A stretch of 64,000 nucleotides of DNA from an uncultured virus (IMG/VR IMGVR_UViG_3300024493_000316) (taxonomy: Duplodnaviria > Heunggongvirae > Uroviricota > Caudoviricetes). The stretch lies in IMG/VR virus record IMGVR_UViG_3300024493_000316. One strand, given 5' to 3'. This document shows positions 26,728 to 35,986 of this stretch, piece by piece (position 1 is the first letter of the stretch; each line of letters opens with the position of its first letter). Made by a program: the position numbers and the translations under genes. The notes under the pieces are model-generated. The model saw nothing but the letters and a program-made list of their open reading frames with translations. It was not told where the DNA came from and did no database searches.

Positions 26728-27852
26728 TTATTCCTCATTGACGAACGCCACGTTTATGCTGTCTATGTCCGGCGGGAGGGTTTTCTCGTCGAACAGAGCC
26801 GTTCTTATGCCTCCTTTGGTCTGCGAGGCCGTCGAGCCGCCCTGCGCCGAGCGCGCTTGGTCTGGCTGGTTCTGCCAGCCGCCGTCATCGCCCCATTCGA
26901 TTATGACTTTTGAGGCGAACGGCAGGTCGCGACCAACCTGCAGGAGCTGTGTAGGCTCGAAGTTCATGCCAAGCTTCATATCCCGCGCGAAATTTTCGAG
27001 GAATTTCATCTTGATTTCCTCGCCCGTCATGATGTATTCGTTGGTGTTTTTCGAGATCACGACCGTTATGTTGGTCGGTATCTCCTCGCCGGTTTTAGCC
27101 CGCACCCCGATTTGCACCTTGAAAGGCAGGTGGAAGCCGTAGTCGAAGCTCTGGCCATTGACGCCTTGGTGCGTGCCTTTCGTGAAAAGTTGCGAGGCGG
27201 CCACCTCCTGCCAGAAATTCTCTGCGCCGGTTGTTCCGGGCTGGGTGGAAGCGCTTGAGGTATGAGCCTGTATGCAAGTGAAGTAGCCGGAATTAAACAC
27301 CACATTCTTCTCGTCGTAGTGTATCCCTGCGCCGCTCCATTCGCCTTTGTAGTTCCGGCCAGGATTAGAGTCAACCGAACGGAAATAGTAGAGCGCCGCG
27401 CCGAGGAACCGGTGCATATATTCGAACACAAGCTCCGACTTTTTTGGGTATTCTCTATCCATAGGGTCGAGATCGACCGCAAGGTCAACGCAGCCGGCGT
27501 GAAGCTCGTCCTCGATCGGGCGGAACGAAGCGTCGGCCTCTATCTCGGATTCCGGCAGGCTTAGGTAGGTCATAAAGCCGTCATAGGTGCCGCGCGAGTT
27601 GAGAATTTTCTGGTTCGACACGCGGAAATACTCAATCAGCTTCGCGGTCAGCTCGGCAAAATTCGCCTCGGCCTGCATGACGAGCTGCTTGGCGCCGTAG
27701 TTATATTTGGCGTAGTTGCTCCCCACATATTGCGCGACAGTCAGAGGGGCTTTAAGAGCGCCCTTGAACTGCTCGTTGAATGCCGCAGTCAATACCGCGT
27801 CCACTTCTTCGTTAGTGCGCGGAATATATCCGCCGTGTAAGCTCCAGCTCAT
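26728..27852 (-). CDS. Baseplate J-like protein with inserted carbohydrate-binding-like module
   Basis: Synteny and size; GT..G motif; internal W....Y....V.F....F.C.QAHTS....P.....W insert. Confidence 0.6.
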   Translation of the reverse strand: MSWSLHGGYIPRTNEEVDAVLTAAFNEQFKGALKAPLTVAQYVGSNYAKYNYGAKQLVMQAEANFAELTAKLIEYFRVSNQKILNSRGTYDGFMTYLSLPESEIEADASFRPIEDELHAGCVDLAVDLDPMDREYPKKSELVFEYMHRFLGAALYYFRSVDSNPGRNYKGEWSGAGIHYDEKNVVFNSGYFTCIQAHTSSASTQPGTTGAENFWQEVAASQLFTKGTHQGVNGQSFDYGFHLPFKVQIGVRAKTGEEIPTNITVVISKNTNEYIMTGEEIKMKFLENFARDMKLGMNFEPTQLLQVGRDLPFASKVIIEWGDDGGWQNQPDQARSAQGGSTASQTKGGIRTALFDEKTLPPDIDSINVAFVNEE

Positions 27853-27853
27853 C

Positions 27854-28132
27854 TTATACTCCTATCTTGAGGTCGGTCGAGAAGCGGTCAACGGACTCCT
27901 CGACGATCCTGTTTTGAACCGAATGTGAAACGAGGACGTCGCGTATGTGCGCCAGCCACACAGAGTCTTGAAACTCCTGCGGCGAGAACATGAACGTCTT
28001 GTAGTCAAGCCCTACGCCCTCCGCGTAGCAAAGCTCGCCCTTTTGCTTTTTCATGATGTTGGCGGCTTTGTAGGCGTCCGTATCCCCATGCTCCGGCAGG
28101 CCGGTTCTCTCGTTGATGTAGATGTCGATCAT
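27854..28132 (-). CDS. Baseplate protein (gp25/gp46-like)
   Basis: 92 aa; GE..Y...GLDY pattern; synteny. Confidence 0.5.
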   Translation of the reverse strand: MIDIYINERTGLPEHGDTDAYKAANIMKKQKGELCYAEGVGLDYKTFMFSPQEFQDSVWLAHIRDVLVSHSVQNRIVEESVDRFSTDLKIGV

Positions 28133-28470
28133 TTCAGCATTTCCATGAGGGTTTTAACTTGCGTTAGCGCAGCCGTAGCGTCCGCTACCAGCACGGCGTT
28201 GCCAGGGCCGGGAGAGGCGAGTCCAGCGAACAAAGTCGGCGCGTTCGTTATGAGGCTTTGAAGCAGGCTGGATAACAGATCCAGCGTCTTTTCAAGGTCT
28301 TCGTAAGCGGACGGGATATAGACAAAATTCTCGCCGTCAGCTATAAGCCAGCCGGACGAGGCTCCGATTCCCGCGCCGAGTATCTTAGCCGTCGTGAATA
28401 CCCACGGCTTGCCGTCCTCCATCGTGGCCGTCACGACCTTAGCAACGCATTTTGCGGGGTAGATTTTCAT
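28129..28470 (-). CDS. Putative baseplate spike protein
   Basis: Synteny; translationally coupled. Confidence 0.4.
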   Translation of the reverse strand: MKIYPAKCVAKVVTATMEDGKPWVFTTAKILGAGIGASSGWLIADGENFVYIPSAYEDLEKTLDLLSSLLQSLITNAPTLFAGLASPGPGNAVLVADATAALTQVKTLMEMLK

Positions 28471-29075
28471 ATCACGACCATCTTGGCTTTTTGCTTGTTG
28501 AGGTAGAGCTTCTTGTCCTTGAGGTCTATATTGCCCTCGTAGCTCACAAGGCGCGTTCCTGTTGCCTTATCCCATATCGCGTAGCATTGCGGCAGGTAGT
28601 TGAAAATGTAGTCGCCGTCGCCGGTGTAGGAGCATTGGCTCAAGACCGAGGTTCGCGGTATGAATGTTCCCAGATACGGCGAGTAAGTAAGGCTGTTCTT
28701 TTCCAGCAAATCTGCCTTGTTCTCTGATTGGAACTCCGCCGTGCCGACCACCGTAGCAAGCCTCTTGAACTTCGGCATAGCTGTTATTGCAGGCGAGAAA
28801 AGCGGCTTCCCTATGCCAGTTGTGGTGGGGAACATATCTTTCCCCTCCAGCTTTGACAGAAGCGGGGCGAAAGTCAGAATACCGCCGTCCGAGTAAAGGT
28901 TTCTGTCAACATTATCGCTCACGGCCAGAAGCCCCAGTCGCGCGACAAGCTCGCTCCAGTCTTTCGGGCTTTCCTTATCCTCCAACCGAAAGGCGTAATA
29001 TCCCCTGTCAACGAAAACTCTCAATCGAACCTCCTCATGTAATAAACGGAGGTGTCGTCCACCCTTATCCCCCAA
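28467..29075 (-). CDS. Putative baseplate hub-region protein (start possibly TTG 29024)
   Basis: Synteny only. Confidence 0.4.
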   Translation of the reverse strand: MGDKGGRHLRLLHEEVRLRVFVDRGYYAFRLEDKESPKDWSELVARLGLLAVSDNVDRNLYSDGGILTFAPLLSKLEGKDMFPTTTGIGKPLFSPAITAMPKFKRLATVVGTAEFQSENKADLLEKNSLTYSPYLGTFIPRTSVLSQCSYTGDGDYIFNYLPQCYAIWDKATGTRLVSYEGNIDLKDKKLYLNKQKAKMVVI

Positions 29076-29272
29076 TTGCCGTCCACGCTTTTCTTGAACG
29101 GCTGCTCGTTGCAGTAGAGAATCTCGTCATCTACAAACACGATGACATAGCGGTTTTTCATCAAGCGAAACTGCTTGACGCCCACGTTCTCGATCGCATA
29201 GTTGCGGAAAATATCCACCCGCCCGCGCTCGTTGATTTCCGCGATGTCGCATATTTTGAACTCATGCCACAT
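29021..29272 (-). CDS. Small baseplate protein
   Basis: Synteny; beta-rich 83 aa. Confidence 0.45.
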   Translation of the reverse strand: MWHEFKICDIAEINERGRVDIFRNYAIENVGVKQFRLMKNRYVIVFVDDEILYCNEQPFKKSVDGNWGIRVDDTSVYYMRRFD

Positions 29273-29275
29273 TTC

Positions 29276-29875
29276 TCAAGTTCCTATCGCTGTTGGATAC
29301 ATGGTGACGCTCGCTATGCTAGAAATAGGATCGCCGTAAGGGTTATCGGACAAAACTATCGTGATAATCCGCAGGTCTGACTTTGCGTCCGTGGTTTCGT
29401 TCCAGTTGAGGAGGAAAGCCTCCGGCATGACGATGTTGTCGTAAAACAGCGCGATCTTGTATTTCCCCACAAAGGAGGTTATGTCGGCTATGCTTGAGCT
29501 TCCGAGCTTGTTATACTGCCCCGCGACCGCCTTTATCACGAAAGGCAGGAGAAGCGCGATCGAGTTGATAAGCTGGTCGTCTTTTTGCGCCGTGATCGTG
29601 AGCGTGACCTCGTTCGCCAATATCTGCTGCTTTGGCTTGCCGCCCTCGTGCTTATAGCTAAGATTGACCTTGCGCGCGCAGCTCGTATTCATTCTCGAAT
29701 TTGAGTTATTGAGCGTGAACCATATCGGAATAAGGCTTGCCGCGCTCAAAAGCCCGTCCGTCGTTTTCAAGGCCGTAAGGACATCAAGCGGGTTGTCGAT
29801 GAAGTCGTCAACGGAGGCCTTAGACAGGGCTACTCCGTTATAGAACACAAAAAGAGGGTATTTGCCACCTAACAT
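29276..29875 (-). CDS. Putative distal tail / tube initiator protein
   Basis: Immediately after tape measure; TAATG coupling. Confidence 0.45.
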   Translation of the reverse strand: MLGGKYPLFVFYNGVALSKASVDDFIDNPLDVLTALKTTDGLLSAASLIPIWFTLNNSNSRMNTSCARKVNLSYKHEGGKPKQQILANEVTLTITAQKDDQLINSIALLLPFVIKAVAGQYNKLGSSSIADITSFVGKYKIALFYDNIVMPEAFLLNWNETTDAKSDLRIITIVLSDNPYGDPISSIASVTMYPTAIGT

Positions 29876-31284
29876 TATCGGCCTCCACTTACAGCCGCCT
29901 GCCGCGCTACGGAATCGCTTGCTTGTTGTTTTTCGGCGAGCTTCAACAATCTTTCAAACTCGTCCTCGTCCTCATCATCTGGCGCCCAATCCCAGAAGCT
30001 ATCGCTCCACCCATGTCTGTCTTTTGCCAGCTTTCGTATTTTTTTGAAGTCGCCGCCGGTTTCTTTCATAAGCCCCTCGAACACTTGGCGACCATGACCC
30101 CGCTTGGAAATATCATCTTGCTGCTTGTTGATGTCGTTTATCTCTTGCGTAAAATTCTGGCTGGCGACTTCGAGATTATCCAAGTGCGCTTTTGCAAGGT
30201 TAAACTGCTGTTGCAAGGCTTTTTCTGTGGTCTTGAAATCAGTTTTTTGGGCTTTGATGTTTTCGGATACCGCGTCTTTCGACATAAGCCCAGCGGTCAC
30301 GTTAAACTGGCGCGCGCGTTCCTTGGCCTGCTCCTGCTCGTTGAAGTTGTTTATTCCAGCGACTTTCCGCACATTCTCCGCACTCTTTGCTATATCGCCG
30401 GCGTAAGCGTCTTGCAGGTCGCGCAGAACGTCGGTCGAACCAGCTTTGGAAGCGCCGAATAGGGTGGAACCCATAGTGCCGCGAAAGCCAGTCCTGCGAA
30501 GTTCCCGCATATCGCCGGACTTTAAGGCGTTGACAAGCATGGTGTTCAGAATGTCAAGCTCGTTCTTGCCTTGGTATTTGCCGTCCTCGGTGTTCGCCTC
30601 CCTCGACAGGTTCGAGAGGATCGTGTCAAGGTTCTTGACGCCCTTGCCTGTCAAGACTTCATAGAGAGCGGTGGCTTTTTTGAGATCGCCGCCGGTAAAG
30701 GTCGTCATGTCGCTTATGGTGGAGGCGCGCGACATGGCTTTTTCTTGCTCGTTCCATGCTTTCTCGTAGGCGCCCGTCGCTTTCCGCAAGGCTTCCGTGT
30801 TGGCTTCGATGTAGGAGTTCAAGGCTCCGACTGCGCCGCCGACCGCCGCGCCGACAGCCGCTCCAATCGGCCCTGCGACCATGCCGGCCATTGCCCCCAT
30901 TGCCGCGCCTTGGATAGCTCCGATAGTCGTCTTCTCATTTACAGACTGGGTATATCTGCCGCCCGCAGTAGAAACCGTGTTGTAAAGTCTGGTTGCACCG
31001 CTGACACCTATCATTCCGACTAGGCCGGAAACGAATTTGCCCTGTGGGGTTTTGGAAAACGTCTGCGCTTCCCTACCCATAGTTTTGAAAGTATTTCTCG
31101 CCGCTTGCTGGGCTGCCTTGCCAGTCTGCTCGATCTTTTTCTTTATCGTATCGACCTTTTTCTCGGCCTCGCTCGTCAGCTTGAAAATCCCAGAGCCATA
31201 TTTCTTATCGACATCGGACTGCATTTTCGCAAGGTCTTCATCGCTGACCTTGAATTTTATCGGAACTATGAACGCACCAGGCAT
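29875..31284 (-). CDS. Tape measure protein (short, 469 aa)
   Basis: Helical Ala/Lys-rich sequence with GAAMGAMAG...GPIGAAVGAAVGG stretch; follows chaperone. Confidence 0.75.
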   Translation of the reverse strand: MPGAFIVPIKFKVSDEDLAKMQSDVDKKYGSGIFKLTSEAEKKVDTIKKKIEQTGKAAQQAARNTFKTMGREAQTFSKTPQGKFVSGLVGMIGVSGATRLYNTVSTAGGRYTQSVNEKTTIGAIQGAAMGAMAGMVAGPIGAAVGAAVGGAVGALNSYIEANTEALRKATGAYEKAWNEQEKAMSRASTISDMTTFTGGDLKKATALYEVLTGKGVKNLDTILSNLSREANTEDGKYQGKNELDILNTMLVNALKSGDMRELRRTGFRGTMGSTLFGASKAGSTDVLRDLQDAYAGDIAKSAENVRKVAGINNFNEQEQAKERARQFNVTAGLMSKDAVSENIKAQKTDFKTTEKALQQQFNLAKAHLDNLEVASQNFTQEINDINKQQDDISKRGHGRQVFEGLMKETGGDFKKIRKLAKDRHGWSDSFWDWAPDDEDEDEFERLLKLAEKQQASDSVARQAAVSGGR

Positions 31285-31420
31285 GGTTATCCGCCGCTTT
31301 TGTTATGCACTACTTTGTTGAAATACGAGTTGAGAGCCTCCTCAAGCGTAAAATCGCTCCGATACTTCAATATCTCGCCGAATATGTCGGCAAGCTCTAC
31401 GGAGAACGGCTTGAGATTTT

Positions 31421-31819
31421 TTAGCTCTTCACTGCTGATAAGAAAGGGCTGGATTTAATAACCGCCATGCAGACGTCGATCATATACGGCACGAGCTTCG
31501 GAAACTCGTGGTTGTGTATGTTTTCTGCGGTTATGTTGACCCCCTCATCGTCGAGGACGAAAAAGAGGAGCGCATACATATCGTCTGCGGAAAGCTGGGT
31601 GCCGGAGTAGAAAGACATCAAGAGGGCTTGCTTCATCTTGTCCTCGTCGAGCGAGGTAAAGCCTTTCATGAAGTTTTCATATTTTTCAAGGAGCGTGCGC
31701 CCCTCGAGAACCTTTTCATCGACAACATTGCCGAACGATGTGAACACCGACCACACCAGCAGGAACGTGACCTGCAGGGCGCGACCGGATTCCAGCCCTT
31801 TCAATTTCCCAACTTTCAT
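31421..31819 (-). CDS. Tail assembly chaperone (G); -1 frameshift gives GT ending at 31287
   Basis: Between tube and tape measure; in-frame slippery C CCT TTC. Confidence 0.7.
   Translation of the reverse strand: MKVGKLKGLESGRALQVTFLLVWSVFTSFGNVVDEKVLEGRTLLEKYENFMKGFTSLDEDKMKQALLMSFYSGTQLSADDMYALLFFVLDDEGVNITAENIHNHEFPKLVPYMIDVCMAVIKSSPFLSAVKS
31442..31448 (-). other. Programmed -1 ribosomal frameshift site CCCTTTC
   Basis: X XXY YYZ heptamer; -1 frame open to TAA at 31287-31289. Confidence 0.75.
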
Positions 31820-31829
31820 AGCTTACTCC

Positions 31830-32300
31830 TTACTTTAGGTCTTTGTATTCTTCTTCCGGATCAGCCTCGACATTCTCTTTCGCGCGGGGCGAGGCTACGG
31901 CAAGAGTAAAGCTCAACGACCCCGAACCCTCCGTGACTGAAGTCTGGTGCGGGCGCTCCTGTATCACAGCGTTCGGGAACGAGATATAATCCTTTGTTCC
32001 TTTACGCTTGATCGTCACGTTTATCCGCTCCCTGTCCGCGCCGCTTTGCAGGTAAATCGCCACGAGCTTGTTATACAGGGCGATCGAGCAGTAGAAGACT
32101 TCAATGCTGGCCGTGTCCGGATTGGTCGTGTTGTCGGAGAACGCTATCCCGTCCGAATCCTCGTCGGTGGGAGCCTTGAGCAGGGAGTTAGTCCTGCCAA
32201 AGGTCTTTGTGATAGCGTTGCACCCCTTTAGAATGTAAGTGCTTGCGCCGATGCCGACCGTTACCTCGACATCGTTCATTGAATTGGCTATTTGTTTCAT
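31830..32300 (-). CDS. Tail tube protein
   Basis: 156 aa, beta-rich, directly after sheath. Confidence 0.65.
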   Translation of the reverse strand: MKQIANSMNDVEVTVGIGASTYILKGCNAITKTFGRTNSLLKAPTDEDSDGIAFSDNTTNPDTASIEVFYCSIALYNKLVAIYLQSGADRERINVTIKRKGTKDYISFPNAVIQERPHQTSVTEGSGSLSFTLAVASPRAKENVEADPEEEYKDLK

Positions 32301-32310
32301 ATCGGCCTCC

Positions 32311-33504
32311 TTATCCTTCTATGCCTTGGGTTATATGGGTTGGTATTCGCCAAGTGGCTTTGACCTCGGTTATGCCTATCTCGCCGTTCATCAAGAAGTT
32401 GTCGGCAGTCGGCTCAATGCTGACGAACGCACGCCGTATCAGTTTTGTGGAGATAAACGTCCGCTGTATCCTGTCATCGAGGTAAATCTGAATGTCGGCA
32501 GCTTGGTCTATGCCATGATCCGGCTCGTTGAGCTTGATATATTGGTGCGCCCAGCTTTGAACCCGAAGCGTGAAAAGCTCATACACATACGGGGCGTGAA
32601 TGGCATGGCCGCCGGCGACAAAGAACAGGTTTTCGTTGCCGAACTGGTCGCTTGTGCCTGTGAACGACACCCGATCCGCGAACAGAGCCTCGAAGTCGCC
32701 GCTTGATATTATGCCCGTGCTGACAGGCATATCAAGGTATTGAAGCGAAGTCCACCTGCCGGTCGCGCCGTTGGAAAGCAACCTGCCGAGCTTGAAAGCA
32801 AGGCTATAGCCTGTGGGTTTCTGTCCGGCTGGCACATTTTCGAACTCGGCGCAGTGGTTCTTTTTGGCCGCCCATCTCTTCGCTTTCTCGCGGTCGGAGA
32901 ATGTGGCAAAAAGCACACCGCCGAAGCCCCAAGTATCGGTATCGTCCAGCTCGTCGTTGAAAGCCGGGTCGAAGTTTATCGAGAAGAAGCCGCCTTTTGA
33001 GTTCTGAACTATGGTCTTAGCCTCGGCGAGGTCATCAACAGGCAGGACAAACAGCCGTTTCATGCCGCCGTCTATCGAGCCTTTGAGTTGCGAGTCTGCC
33101 AAGTCCTCGAAAGACGGTGTGTCGTTGACCTCGACTATGCTCGCGGTATTCTCGCCCGTGAGGTTGAGGGTCAACCCTGTGCCGCTTCCGCCTGTGGCCG
33201 CAGCGCCCGTGCCGGAGGGGTCAGATTCGAAAACGCCCGGACTGGTTATCGAAATCGCTGTAGGAACGCCATCGGCGTCCACTCCGTCAATCGTGAACTC
33301 GGCGCTGCCGCACGCGACCACATCGCCCTGTTCGTAGTCCTCGCCGGGCTCGTTGATTTCCACCGCCGACACCTGCCAAGTTTTCTTTTTCTTGGGAACG
33401 ACGGCCAGCGCTAGGGTAAGATAAGCCTCGCTCGCGGACGGGGCGGAGGCTGTTATGCTGACTGGCATAACATATTCGAGAAATGGATCACGAAATTTAT
33501 CCAT
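32311..33504 (-). CDS. Tail sheath protein with inserted beta-domain
   Basis: Size, synteny and sheath-like C-terminus; insert shared with fibre 24822-26186. Confidence 0.65.
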   Translation of the reverse strand: MDKFRDPFLEYVMPVSITASAPSASEAYLTLALAVVPKKKKTWQVSAVEINEPGEDYEQGDVVACGSAEFTIDGVDADGVPTAISITSPGVFESDPSGTGAAATGGSGTGLTLNLTGENTASIVEVNDTPSFEDLADSQLKGSIDGGMKRLFVLPVDDLAEAKTIVQNSKGGFFSINFDPAFNDELDDTDTWGFGGVLFATFSDREKAKRWAAKKNHCAEFENVPAGQKPTGYSLAFKLGRLLSNGATGRWTSLQYLDMPVSTGIISSGDFEALFADRVSFTGTSDQFGNENLFFVAGGHAIHAPYVYELFTLRVQSWAHQYIKLNEPDHGIDQAADIQIYLDDRIQRTFISTKLIRRAFVSIEPTADNFLMNGEIGITEVKATWRIPTHITQGIEG

Positions 33505-33537
33505 GATTTTGCTCCTTGTTGGTTTGATTTTGGATAG

Positions 33538-33954
33538 CTATATTGAAATCTTATGAAGGGTTATCTCCCCCATCTGCGTCTTGTTGGGCGACGGGTTCCA
33601 CTCCGTTGAAAACAGATAGCGGAAGTCGCAAAACACTTTCTTGAAAAACCTATCGTAGGACTTGAAGTGTATCTCTTTCTCGTTTCCTACCAGACAAAAG
33701 CGGCCTTTTGCGCTATTAGACGCAAGGTTGTATCTCTCATGCAGGTAGCCGGCGGCGAGATTATCCTCGGCGGCGACTATCGAGATCGAGCCTCCTACCC
33801 GAAACAGGGCTTTGCCCGATCCAAAAACCGGCTTGTCATCGACCACGCTGTAAAACAGCGCGTCATGCTCCGCGCCGAACTCGGCGCTGCCGACCAAGAC
33901 CCTTTCGATTTGGAATATCTCCCGCAGGTCATTTTCGAGTTGTGTCTTATACAT
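33538..33954 (-). CDS. Putative tail completion protein
   Basis: Synteny. Confidence 0.45.
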   Translation of the reverse strand: MYKTQLENDLREIFQIERVLVGSAEFGAEHDALFYSVVDDKPVFGSGKALFRVGGSISIVAAEDNLAAGYLHERYNLASNSAKGRFCLVGNEKEIHFKSYDRFFKKVFCDFRYLFSTEWNPSPNKTQMGEITLHKISI

Positions 33955-34429
33955 TCTTTTTCACGACCCTTGCGCTTATGGCTCTCATTAGCTGCCATGT
34001 GTCTTTCAGCAGGTAGTCAAAGCCTTTTTCTTTAATTGTTGAAGGAGAGTTGCGCCCGTATTCGTGCCGCATAATCGGGTTCAGAATAAGGGCTTTGAGC
34101 GCGTTCTCGATCTGTATGGTCGAGTATTCGTTCGCCTCCATGTTCCAAATGATGAACTTTATGACCTCGCCGATTTCGTTCTCGTCCATGTTGTTGACGG
34201 GATCGGTAAGCCAATGGAACCTATCCTCCAAGTAGCGGGCGATGTCGGTCAGCGTTTCTGGGCTATCCGACTCCCCTTTGACATGGCTCCGGCCATCGGC
34301 GGTCAGACCTTTCTTGCGGTCGGGTATCTGTTTCGGGGCGTCCTCGAAAATACCCACAGACATATCATAGCTGTCGATTTCCCTGCGGATAAACTCGGCA
34401 AGTTCCGATATAGGCCTGTCGCGGTTCAA
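33947..34429 (-). CDS. Neck / virion morphogenesis protein
   Basis: VGIF...NSPSTIKEKGFD..L.DT.QL..AI motif typical of myovirus neck proteins. Confidence 0.65.
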   Translation of the reverse strand: MNRDRPISELAEFIRREIDSYDMSVGIFEDAPKQIPDRKKGLTADGRSHVKGESDSPETLTDIARYLEDRFHWLTDPVNNMDENEIGEVIKFIIWNMEANEYSTIQIENALKALILNPIMRHEYGRNSPSTIKEKGFDYLLKDTWQLMRAISARVVKKNV

Positions 34430-34698
34430 TCAATTACTCCACCTATTAAAATGTTGCTTTCGTTTTGTTTGAGATCGCTCGACAACTTGTAGTTATCAAG
34501 CAGGGCTTCCGCCGCCAGCTTGTCAAACGCAAGCTGTGGCGACTTGCGGGCGTTTAGGACATAAGTCAAAGCCTTGTAAATGCCCTCGATCGTGTAGGTC
34601 GTAGGCAAGACTTGCTTTTCCGCGCTCGTCAAGTATGGCTGTCCGCAGACCGCCATGATTTGATTGGCTTTCGCCGTAATGGGATTTGTTTCAACCAT
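34426..34698 (-). CDS. Putative head-tail adaptor
   Basis: Synteny; GGAGG RBS. Confidence 0.45.
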   Translation of the reverse strand: MVETNPITAKANQIMAVCGQPYLTSAEKQVLPTTYTIEGIYKALTYVLNARKSPQLAFDKLAAEALLDNYKLSSDLKQNESNILIGGVID

Positions 34699-34711
34699 AC
34701 CAGCCTCCTAT

Positions 34712-34740
34712 AAAAAAAGGGGAGTTGCCTCCCCTTTTTT
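34712..34740 (-). terminator. Rho-independent terminator after the capsid gene
   Basis: aaaaaaggggag-loop-ctcccctttttt. Confidence 0.8.
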
Positions 34741-34748
34741 GAGATAGC

Positions 34749-35660
34749 TCACGAGAAGCTGATAGGCTGCAGGACGATACCGGCCTCTTTGGTCGGATGA
34801 ACGGCAACGGAGCCAGTCTTCATCTTGAACCACGAGTATTCGTTCTCGTCGTTGTGGCCGCTCTTTTCGAACTGCGGCAGGATCACAGCGTCGGTGCGGA
34901 CAAAATCGTTCGCCACGAACACTATGCCGTTAGCAGACGGCAGAACTTTCGACTTCGAGCGCTTGATGTATCTATCGGCAATAGCGAGGCTAGGAAGCTC
35001 GACAAAGCCGATACCAATGCTGCTCATGACATTGGCCGCGACATCAAACACCGTGCGGTCGGTGTTGGGGTTGTCCGTATCAAAGAGTTCGGACAACGCA
35101 GAACCCCACCAGTAGGCGGTGACAGAGCGCGCGCCGTTGCTGTTTTTGAAGACATGGGCAACGGACTTATACATTTCTTTCAACGCTTTGACTTTGGCCG
35201 AGAAATCGCCAGTCATGTTAACCGCGTCGAGATTCTTGTAGTAAGGATTGCCGCTTGCGCTCCTCGTCGAGATCAAGCCGTTGTTGTAGGCTGTGCCGAG
35301 AATGGTGTTCGAGTCGAACATTACCGAAAGCTCATACACAGCGTCATCAATGACGTTCTGATCGTTCGTGTTGGACTGGTGATCGGACACATGGTAGTCG
35401 ATACCCATGAGGTAAGGACGATATGTGAACTTCTTTTCACCGGCGGTTATGACCGGAATTTCGCTCATCTCCGGGTGGATTAAATCCGGGATTACGCTAT
35501 CGCGGTCGAGATCCACTTGCGTAAAATCGATTTTACTCGTGTTTTTATACTCGTGGAAATTGGGCGCTTTCAACTGCCCGATTATGAGAGGATATTGAAA
35601 GGTCGTCCCAGAGAGTATCTGGTCTTTGCTTTTATCCCCAAGTCTTACACTGGTTGACAT
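34749..35660 (-). CDS. Major capsid protein
   Basis: 303 aa; D...I.G....N.GL pattern; strong RBS; followed by terminator; head-module position. Confidence 0.7.
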   Translation of the reverse strand: MSTSVRLGDKSKDQILSGTTFQYPLIIGQLKAPNFHEYKNTSKIDFTQVDLDRDSVIPDLIHPEMSEIPVITAGEKKFTYRPYLMGIDYHVSDHQSNTNDQNVIDDAVYELSVMFDSNTILGTAYNNGLISTRSASGNPYYKNLDAVNMTGDFSAKVKALKEMYKSVAHVFKNSNGARSVTAYWWGSALSELFDTDNPNTDRTVFDVAANVMSSIGIGFVELPSLAIADRYIKRSKSKVLPSANGIVFVANDFVRTDAVILPQFEKSGHNDENEYSWFKMKTGSVAVHPTKEAGIVLQPISFS

Positions 35661-35706
35661 AGTTTGCTCCTTTGTCTTTTATTGGTTTGGGTTTATAGCT
35701 GTATTT

Positions 35707-35976
35707 TTACTTGCGCCCTGGACGGCCTTTGCCAAATCCCCCCTGCGTCGCGTTGGACGGGGAAGCTGGCTGTTCCGGCTGGGCGGGTTTCTCTGGTTCG
35801 GCACCAGCGGCGGAAGCGGAAGTTTCGGGTTTCCCCTGCGCTTCCTCTCCCTCCGGCGCGGGCGGGGTCGTGGAAGATTCCGGCTTTTCCGGCTCGCTCC
35901 CATTCCCCTGCGTCGCGTTGGACGGGGAAGCTGGCTTCTGCTTCCCTCTATATACGCCGTATTTCAGTCCTGGCAT
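35707..35976 (-). CDS. Small Pro/Ala/Glu-rich disordered head-module protein
   Basis: AAGGAGG RBS; internal 32-bp direct repeat (35740-35771, 35905-35936) encoding PASPSNATQG. Confidence 0.55.
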   Translation of the reverse strand: MPGLKYGVYRGKQKPASPSNATQGNGSEPEKPESSTTPPAPEGEEAQGKPETSASAAGAEPEKPAQPEQPASPSNATQGGFGKGRPGRK

Positions 35977-35986
35977 GGTAGCCTCC

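Noticed and set aside
17703..27852. Second VR in other tail fibre genes
   Set aside because: No TR-like sequence was found by eye at their 3' ends; a BLASTN of TR would be needed to exclude it fully.
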